NCBI GenBank assembly: GCA_964016885.1
Contig: OZ024740.1
Coordinates: forward strand, 327,794,001-327,858,000
DNA: 64,000 bases
DNA from: Eledone cirrhosa
Taxonomy: Eukaryota
Reading direction: 5' to 3'
The position numbers and the translations under genes are program-made. The notes beneath the pieces are model-generated. The model worked only from the letters and a program-made list of their open reading frames with translations. It was not told where the DNA came from and did not search any database. Positions 56,601-64,000 of this stretch are shown here, one piece after another (position 1 is the stretch's first letter; every line of letters begins with the position of its first letter).

Positions 56601-59600
56601 AGTAAACTGGAAAGGGAAATTGATTGCTTATTGTTCAGCAGCTGTTGCAAATGGCTGCTAGTATATGTCAACTAACTTTTCTACTGTACTGTTATTTTAC
56701 AGTATGGTAGACAGGTTTATAATACAGCTTTGTTATTTTATCATAACCTTACCATTAATCCACCTTTTAAACTTACCTGTCAGTTTCAGGAGAAAATATT
56801 GAGTTAGTGGAACCAGAGGACATATGCAAGTGTTTAATAATGTTCTCCAACACAATTGATGACACTTTAAACGACAAGATATTAAGGTTCACATTTAATA
56901 TTTAATGTTTAAGTTAACCATCTAAGTTTTGGGGGAAAAATTTCTTCCTAAGGTTCAAATTCTTATATATACAGTAAATATGTTTTTTTTCTTATTAAAA
57001 AAAAAAGAAGCTAGATAAGCCTAAGTCAGAATTTTAAAAATAACAAATATTCTATGTTAATTAATTTATCATTAAATTAGGATTTTTCTTAATGATTAGG
57101 TTTTTAAAAAAAAAATGTTTAAATGAGAAGTGGGAAATACAGTAAATATCAAATAAGACTTGGAATTGCTTTTTTTTTTCTCTTTCTTTTTATATTCTGT
57201 TCATCCATTGTATATTGAATATTTAGTAATTAGAAATGCTGCTACTGTAGTTGCTTAGCTCTTTGGTTAGTCCTTATCAAGTTGATCAAAGATATTCCAG
57301 CCATGACCACCCCATCATATTTTCAATGATAGTGTACCCCAGACTATATTGTCCAATGTATCAGTTCCCTCTTTATGATAATAGCATGTGGTTTGAGGGA
57401 GTTTTAACTGCTATATCTAGCAGGTCAAGCAACCACATAACCCATGTTAGCATGGAAAATGGACATGATGATGATGATGACTATGATGTTTCTTTATTGG
57501 CTCAACATTTGTTTTGTATTTTTATGAGGGACAATAAATATATGATTAGTGTATTGGATTACTGACCATATAGCCATTAGTTCAGATCTACTGTTGTGTC
57601 CTTAATCAGAATACCTATCACTTGTTGCTCAAGTTTACTTGACTGAAAAGGAGAAGAAAAAAAGAAATAGGAAAATAAAAAATATTAAAAAATAACGGGT
57701 TTCATTCCTTTTTAATGGTTAAGTGTTTAAGCTATACAAAGAGCATCGAACTGTAAAAATAAATTACTCAATCAAATAAATAATCCCACCATGACAGCCA
57801 CTCTAGTACTGGCACCACAACAGAATGCACCCAGTACATTCTGTAAAGCAGTTGCAGTTAAGGGAACAGTATCCAGCTATAGAAATTATCTCAGAACTAA
57901 AAAGTTTTGATTAAGTACTGACTTTGTCTGTAATGATTCATCCAACCCATGCTAGCATGGAAAAGTGGATAGATAATGATGATGGTGATGATAGTAGTGG
58001 TGTTGGTGATGATGGTGGTGGTAGTGATGATGATGACGATGATTATGATTGCCATTGTCATGTAAGCATGAAAAATGGGTGTAAAAAGTATTTTCTTTTA
58101 TATTTTTAGGCCAAAGAATTTCTCCAAACTGCAATTACTCACAAACATCATGAAATATCATATATTATGTTGGGCAAAGTATTCATGCTGGAAAGAAATG
58201 TAGAACGAGCCATTGAAGTATTCACCAATGCTGTTGAGTAAGTTGTAGCCATTCACTACACACTGTTCACACAGCATACATTACAACTGAATTCTATATT
58301 GTTTTATAGTTTACTGAGAGAAGGAAAAGCAGTATAAGTGAGTCTATTCAGGGCTGGAAGGAACATAAGTTATTATTTTTAGACTAAAGACCTGGTCAAA
58401 ATATTTGTTCCAGTGATGACTTCCTGAAAGGCACCCAAAGTTCAGATGGTAGTGTTAAGCTTGGTAGCATATATAGTCTACCACACAAGAATAGGAACAA
58501 TCTCTCCAGTGTTCTGCCAGATCCAGGGTTATTTACTCGAGTAAATGTCACTGGAATCTAACTACTAAATTTTATACAGAAAAGGATAAGATATTTTACA
58601 TAACACCAAATCGAATACAAGTCTTCATTTTTATTGTAGCTCCGTTATAATTGTTGTACACAAATATTCCCGTACATAATTAGGTATAGTCCAGATCCAT
58701 GATAGGTGGTTAGAGAAAAGTTAACATGTTTGTCTTCAGTGTTGTCGGTTCGAAGGCAGGCGCCAAAAGAGAGAGAGCTTGGCTGCATTGCCGCTATTTA
58801 TATCCTCTTTCCGGAAGTTGCAAAGAAGGTTCTAGACTTTCGACGGGAAGTAACTCTAGCTACTTCCCTGACTAGAGACCGCTACAAGACTGTTGGAAGG
58901 AACATAAGATATTATCCTTAGACAATAGACCTAGTCAAAATATTTGCTACAGAAATGACTTCCCTAAAGGTACCAACGTTCAGATGGTCGTGTTAAACTA
59001 GGTGACATATATAGTCTACCACACAAGAATAGGAACAATCTCCCCAGTGGGTTTCTATTCAATTTCTGTCTCAACAAATTTCCCAGCTGTAAAACACTTG
59101 CTAAACAAAGTGTTAGGTGGACTGTTCAGTGTATCAAAGACATGATGACCTCTCTAGTGTTGGTGACCTACATGATAAATACACCCAGTACACTCTGTAA
59201 AGTGGTTGGTGATAGGAGAAGCATCCAGCCATAGAAAGCCTGCCTAGCACAGGGTCAGAAGAACTCTTCAATTGTGTTGAAGACATAACATCCTCCTTAG
59301 TGTTGGTGCCATGATGAAATACATTCAGTAGAGCATAGGAATGTATGTAAGGGAGATATGGGATCTTGGCTCATCTGAGCACTTAGTAGAGTGCAGAAAT
59401 GTGAGATGCAGGCTTCTTGCCCATCTAAGAGGTCAGTAGCTAGCTCCCTTTGAGTAGTGACTCAATTCATAACGACCTGTCCAACCCTTGCTAGCAGGAA
59501 AAACAAATATTAAACGATGATGATGGCAGCCGCAGCGGTGACAACAACGATGAAGATGATGCTATTTGTTGCTACAGTATATTCCAACTCTAACAGTGTC

Positions 59601-61221
59601 TTTCCCTACATGCAACACCATATCCAATCACACAGACACAACTACAACATTCGCTCAGACAAACATTAAAGCAAAAAGAAAAAACAGGCATAGAGAAACA
59701 GATGCAGCATGAATAGCCTCGTTAACCTAAAACTCTGTTCTGATATATACACAACAATACTAATGATAAAGGCTGATTTATTTCATTTTACAATAAGATT
59801 TGTCTTTCTCATGAAATTCCCCTTCTTTTTCTTTTGTAGAGTATTTCCAGAAAACCCTGAGCTTCTTACTTCTCTTGGATTGCTATATATGGAGGTAGTA
59901 ACAATATCTTTCTATATGTATGTTCTTGTTTGCCTTTGTATGACTATATATAGAATATTTCAATATATATGACTGTATATAATGCATATAAACTATTTCA
60001 TTGTGTATAGCATGTGTAAGAAATATTCACTGTATATAACCTGTATGAAATATTTCACTGTGTATATGTGTGAAATATTTCACTGTGTATAGCATGTATG
60101 AAATATTTCACTGTGTATAGCATGTGTAAAGAATATTCACTGTGTATAGCATGTGTAAGGAATATTTCACTGTGTATAGCATGTGTAAGGAATATTTCAC
60201 TGTGTGTAGCATGCATAAGGAATATTTCACTGTGTATAGCATGTGTAAGAAATATTTCACTGTGTGTAGCATGTGTAAGGAATATTCACTATGTATAAAC
60301 TGTATGAAATATTTCACTGTGTATAGCATTATCATCATCATCATCATCATCTTTGTTTAACGTCCATCTTCCACGCTAGCATGGGTTAGACGGGAGTTGT
60401 CCCACTTGAGGCAAGGTTGGTCGGGTGACCGTGTCTCGCTCATATAGGACTATCTGGCAGGTTTTCTACGGCTGGATGCTCTTCCTAACACCAACCACAT
60501 TGACAGTGTGGAACTGGGAACTTTTTACCATGTTACCTAGTAAAAATATTTCACTGTGTATGGAATATCTCATTGTGGGAAATATATCTCACTATGTATG
60601 ACTATCACTATATATTTTACTATTTTATTTTATATCCACTTGTCTGTAAGTTGATTGTTTGGGTTGTTGTTGTTTTTTTGCAATTTTATTGTTTAAAATA
60701 TAAAAACAAGCAAGTGTCCTATCAAGTGCAGAGAAGTTGTCATGTCTTTTGACATAAACTGAAGGGTCTGCCTAACCTCTTGTTTCACAAGCTTTCTACA
60801 GCTAGATGCCCTTCCTAACACCAACCACATTACAGTATGTACTGGGTGCATTTTTCGTGTAGATCACCAACACTAGAGAGGTTATTATATTTTTGACACA
60901 ATTAAAGGGTCTTCTCAACCCTTTTGAGCTGGTTTCTATAGCAGGGTGCCCTTCCTCTATGTGATTTTTTTTAATCTATTTGTTTTCTATCTAATTTAGA
61001 TAAAGCAGTTTCAAAAAGCCTGTGAAAGCCTCGGTAATGCCATGAGCTTTGATCCAGGTTATATCAAAGCAGTCCTAGCAGCTGGAAGTATGACACAAAG
61101 CCATGGCGACTTTGATGTTGCTCTTACTAAATATAGAATTGTCGCCTGTTCCATGCCTGAAAGTGCCATTTTATGGAATAACATTGCTATGTGTTTCTTT
61201 GGAAAAGCTAAATATGTGGCT
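44176..61221 (+). CDS. BBS4: Bardet-Biedl syndrome 4 protein (BBSome TPR subunit), spliced gene, 3'-incomplete in this window
   Basis: Nine AG/GT-bounded exons join in frame (30+109+144+112+73+54+128+55+222 = 927 nt). The translation matches BBS4 as I recall it: [79 protein letters not shown]. Confidence 0.96.
45357..45751 (-). mobile_element. Mariner-family deletion derivative with three TIRs
   Basis: TIR (TA)CGAGGGTAATCCCAAAAGTAAGGTCT at 45724-45751 and 45507-45535 in the same orientation and at 45357-45384 inverted. Transposase pieces [11 protein letters not shown] and [25 protein letters not shown]. Confidence 0.85.
45820..46209 (-). mobile_element. Solo-LTR-like segment with internal ~80-bp tandem duplication
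   Basis: Minus strand begins TGTAGCGAG and has TATA gtatataaaag. Duplicated unit gtctgtagacctctg.ggcctgaaggtagcggtga.. at ~45886 and ~45967. No TSD. Confidence 0.4.
46965..47472 (+). mobile_element. RTE-clade LINE 3' fragment with (GAT)n tail
   Basis: [57 protein letters not shown]. Confidence 0.9.
47511..47705. mobile_element. hAT (Charlie-like) MITE
   Basis: TIRs CAAGCATGTCAAACT / AGTTTGACATGCCTG with perfect 8-bp TSD CTCTAGAC (47503-47510 and 47706-47713). Confidence 0.92.
48764..48872 (+). CDS. BBS4: BBS4 putative exon 2 ([37 protein letters not shown])
   Basis: tttatgtccacag acceptor, C|GTCAGT donor, 109 nt, phase 0 to 1, open frame. It ends in KQRK-PPELP, like vertebrate RQKKAPEFP. 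Confidence 0.72.
49500..50030 (+). pseudogene. Mariner transposase catalytic-domain pseudogene fragment
   Basis: [19 protein letters not shown], and a degenerate YSPDLAP.DF..FPK region. Confidence 0.7.
50038..50380 (+). mobile_element. tRNA-derived SINE family B with RTE-type (GAT)n tail (representative copy)
   Basis: ggcttagtg.ttagagc..gagttcaattc..ccttgagcaagacactttatttcac.ttgctccagt. Related copies or 3' parts at ~2478-2740(+), 8790-9075(+), 20755-21060(-), 39600-39850(-), 39850-40100(+), 44930-45208(-), 46425-46840(-) and 60330-60540(-). Confidence 0.8.
50905..51048 (+). CDS. BBS4: BBS4 exon 3 ([47 protein letters not shown])
   Basis: ttttctag acceptor, G|GTAAAT donor, 144 nt, strong BBS4 homology. 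Confidence 0.95.
51700..52150 (+). mobile_element. RTE-clade LINE reverse-transcriptase fragment
   Basis: [13 protein letters not shown] and [10 protein letters not shown] motifs, then [11 protein letters not shown]. Disrupted. Confidence 0.8.
52302..52413 (+). CDS. BBS4: BBS4 exon 4 ([38 protein letters not shown])
   Basis: tctttag acceptor, TT|GTGAGT donor, 112 nt. Confidence 0.95.
54742..54814 (+). CDS. BBS4: BBS4 exon 5 ([24 protein letters not shown])
   Basis: ttttattttttag-type acceptor, TGG|GTAATT donor, 73 nt. Confidence 0.95.
55412..55465 (+). CDS. BBS4: BBS4 exon 6 ([18 protein letters not shown])
   Basis: tgtttctag acceptor, AGG|GTGAGT donor, 54 nt, TPR helix. Confidence 0.93.
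58110..58237 (+). CDS. BBS4: BBS4 exon 7 ([43 protein letters not shown])
   Basis: tatttttag acceptor, GA|GTAAGT donor, 128 nt. Confidence 0.95.
58351..59050. repeat. ~160-bp diverged direct repeat (58351-58510 and 58891-59050)
   Basis: tggaaggaacataag...catatatagtctaccacacaagaataggaacaatctc.ccagtg is present twice. Confidence 0.85.
58635..58886 (-). mobile_element. Solo-LTR-like segment
   Basis: TGTAGC...GCTACA inverted termini, minus-strand TATA (gatataaatagc), GC-richer than its flanks. No TSD visible. Confidence 0.45.
59840..59894 (+). CDS. BBS4: BBS4 exon 8 ([18 protein letters not shown])
   Basis: cttttgtag acceptor, GAG|GTAGTA donor, 55 nt. Confidence 0.93.
59990..60330. repeat. ~30-bp minisatellite (aatatttcactgtgtatagcatgtgtaagg)n, about 11 units
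   Basis: Direct tandem copies are visible, and degenerate units resume at ~60545 after a SINE insertion. Confidence 0.9.
61000..61221 (+). CDS. BBS4: BBS4 exon 9 ([74 protein letters not shown])
   Basis: ctaatttag acceptor, GCT|GTAAGT donor, 222 nt, highly conserved BBS4 segment. Confidence 0.96.
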
Positions 61222-62844
61222 GTAAGTATAAATACTATTTTATTCTTACTTCTTTTGTAGAGTTTGGTAGAACAGGGTTTATGAATTTGAATTTTAAATT
61301 TTGAAAGAATCACTAGACAGAATTTACTGGCAAAACCAACTGGTAGGAGAACCAAGAGTAGACCACGAGAAAGATAGTTGGATAACATCTATGAGCTTGG
61401 CTGGTCTCGCTTGGGGATCCAGCCCAATTACTTGGAGATGGTTGCTTCTGACAGGACCCGCTGGAATGAGTGTTTCAGTACACTGCCCGCAAGACCCTCT
61501 CAGGAATAAGTGGGCGAAGAAGAAGGAAGAGTAGGGTTTATGAATTGGTAGAATCATGTACTTTGAGTTTTGTACTTTGTACTTTGAGTTTAAAGTCCAC
61601 CAAGGTCAACTTTGCCTTTCATCCTTCTTTGGGTGGTAAAATATAACACCAGTTAAGTACTGAGTTTGATTTAATCAACATATCCCTTCACTCAAAATGT
61701 GTGGCCTTGTACCTATTTTAGAAATGAATATTTAAAAAAATATCTTTTTTTTTATTTATACATCAGTCAGAATTTATACTTTCTGATTTTTGGTTTGGTG
61801 CCTTGCTGTTTCAGGTTCAAAAGCTGCTTAAGTGACTTTGGCTTTAATCACTTAGGGTCTGTAATAACAGTATAAATACTAGTAATATACTAGGGTCAAA
61901 TAACTGTACTTGCTTTTTTCTACTAATTTTACCAAGTGCCTTATTGAAATCAATTTATTATCATACATAATCCATTTTCATTTATTCTCTGTATTTAAAT
62001 TCTACTGGGAGCTTACTATAAACAATATCCTTCTGGAATCAATAAGTATCAGATATGAACTTGGGTTGATTCAATTGACTGTACTCTTTCACTAAGAATT
62101 TGTGGCCTTTTACTAATGCTAAAAATAATTATTTCTTGAGAATACTTATTTTAACTTCATGAAAGATGAAGAATGAAAGTGTTGTTTAAAGATGAGATAA
62201 TATAGATGACTCTGCTGTTAGCAGTATATTACATTCTTAGACAAGGGACTATTATTCTATTTGTTGCAACCTAGCTAATAAAATGATATGTATATATGTA
62301 TAATATCTCCAATAGACACATAGGTTCATAAAGCTACTGCTTATGTGGTTTGCTTTCCTGAGTGATTATATGATTTTAACATTAAGCTGAATGTGACATG
62401 CTGCTAAGACGTTTACGTTTAATAACTTTTTTTTTTTTCAACTATCCGCTTCTTATAGGATATTATAGTCATTAAGGATGTCATTTATGCATCAACTTTC
62501 AAACTCCCATATCCTAAATTTTACACTAGCCTTTATTACTAAAAGAATATTTTGTTTATTTGTCATGGCTAAGTAAACTTAAACTGATGTGAGTAATTTA
62601 GTGCTCTGTCTAAAGATACAGCAAAATATCCAGAAGTATATCTTAACTCAGTATTCATTAGTCCAAAATTATATTTCCTCAGTCACATCGCCTCTAAATA
62701 ATGCACCATTCCTATTATGGCTATTGAATGTGTCTACAGTAAAATATATGATACAATCTTCCTGAAAACAAATTAATTTGAGATACCATGCTACTCTGGA
62801 AAAAACATGTGTGCACATGTTTAAAAAATACAACTCTGTCTTCT

Positions 62845-63280
62845 ATCATCATCATGTTCCTGCAACTGGTGCAGCCAGTCATTGAGGTGCCACTCTAGAC
62901 GTTTTTACAGTCAGCTGTTGCCACTAACCTCTATGCTCCATCCTTCATAGAAGGGTCTCAGTGTTGTGACCAGTCTAATTGTTGATGTTGTCGGACCAGG
63001 ATTTTCTTTGCCCTCCCGTGACTGTGTCCTGAAAGATGGTTTTTGATAAGGGGTTATGGCAGGATACATGACCATACCAAGCAAGCTTCTATCTTTTTAC
63101 CATCACAAGGAGAGTTTGCTGTCTGCCAGCATATTTGTTAACTTGCTGCCTGATAAAACTGTTTGTTTTGTGCTCCGTATAAGGGAAGCACTTGTGCTCG
63201 AATGACTGGATTCTTCATTCCATGTCAGCTGTGAAAGTCCAACTCTCACACTCATACAAAAGGATCAAAGTCACCAAGAT
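62845..63280 (-). mobile_element. RTE-clade LINE 3' fragment
   Basis: Minus strand reads RIQSFEHKC..KLAWYGHV..KTIFQ.TV.GG, with a (gat)n tail at ~62846. Confidence 0.7.
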
Positions 63281-64000
63281 ATATATTGTTACTGATAATA
63301 GTCCAGTTATTTACTTACAGAAATATACTCTTCATGTTCTCTTACTATCTACTATCTTACTCTTATACAGTGATGACTATTCTTAATTTTTTTCTTTTCA
63401 TCTTAAAACTGTAACACTGCATCTAAGCAGCAACATTTGGGAATTATTGAGATCTTTAGATCCATTTACATTGATTTAATGTCCACTAGCAAAGTCATAT
63501 CAATAAAATACATGACATTTTTTATATTATATTATGTTTACAGAAACAGCTAACTTTATCTGTAAAACCTAGTGTATTAATTCAAGATGGAACAGTCAAA
63601 TCGAATGCTTGGAAACCAAATAGATAATTATTACCATCTCTTCAGAGTCACCATGTCTTTAGTTTAGTTTTTGTAACATGTAAGGGCAATAATTATAATC
63701 AGATATTCTACACAGATCAATACAGAAACTAAAAGACATTTAAAAATAGAGTCATAGTTTAAATCAAAATAGTCTAAAATGTTTGACGATAGTATGATCT
63801 TCACAAAATGGAGTCACTGCTTTAATTTTTTAACAAAAGAAACAGAAAAAAAACTTTCTTGATACAAAACTACAAGTTTACCAATGAAATTAATGAACTA
63901 CCTTTTAAGTATTGAAAATACAGTGCTAATAATACATTAGAGTAATATTCTGATAATAGACAAAATACATAGCATGAGAAGCCAGCATTGAAACAGCTTC

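Larger units (their letters stand above)
53380..61530. repeat. Inverted pair of ~180-bp RTE-tail-like repeats (53380-53560 and 61320-61530)
   Basis: ggtcctgtcagaagcaacc.tctccaa..attgggct.gatcccc...gatgttatccaac occurs in opposite orientations, roughly 80% identical by eye. Confidence 0.85.

Noticed and set aside
58408-58450. Possible intronic C/D-box snoRNA (gTGATGA..CTGA)
   Set aside because: Too short, the terminal D box is CAGA, and the C box is not kept in the duplicate copy at ~58950.
59990-60330. CRISPR-like regular ~30-bp repeats
   Set aside because: The units are tandem with no unique spacers, sit in a eukaryotic intron and have no cas genes nearby. It is a minisatellite.
63548-63630. 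Candidate next BBS4 exon after tttacag
   Set aside because: The translation (KQLTLSVKPS...) does not resemble the expected AISCLKRA.YL segment and hits a stop. The next exon is likely outside the window.

Overview
Eukaryotic, AT-rich (non-prokaryotic) genomic DNA dense in microsatellites, SINEs and decayed transposons. The repeat landscape resembles an octopus/coleoid cephalopod genome, which is an inference. One host gene is clearly present: BBS4 (BBSome TPR subunit) on the + strand, with nine phase-compatible coding exons from 44176 to 61221 (927 nt, 309 aa) and the rest of the gene beyond the window. The remainder is mostly mobile DNA: two Penelope-like retroelements (PLEs) each ending in a type I hammerhead ribozyme (2041-2120 and 15989-16059), R4/NeSL-like and CRE-like RLE retroposon fragments, RTE fragments, mariner and hAT relics, a Helitron-like insertion, solo-LTR-like segments and many tRNA-derived SINEs. 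The most unusual structures are the hammerhead ribozymes, including a near-perfect one with a palindromic stem III, and a palindromic DNA-transposon-like element whose two arms are each a convergent tRNA-like Pol III cassette (two copies). No CRISPR, rRNA or bona fide tRNA gene was found. Most ORFs in the supplied track are microsatellite artefacts. All alignments and folds were done by eye.
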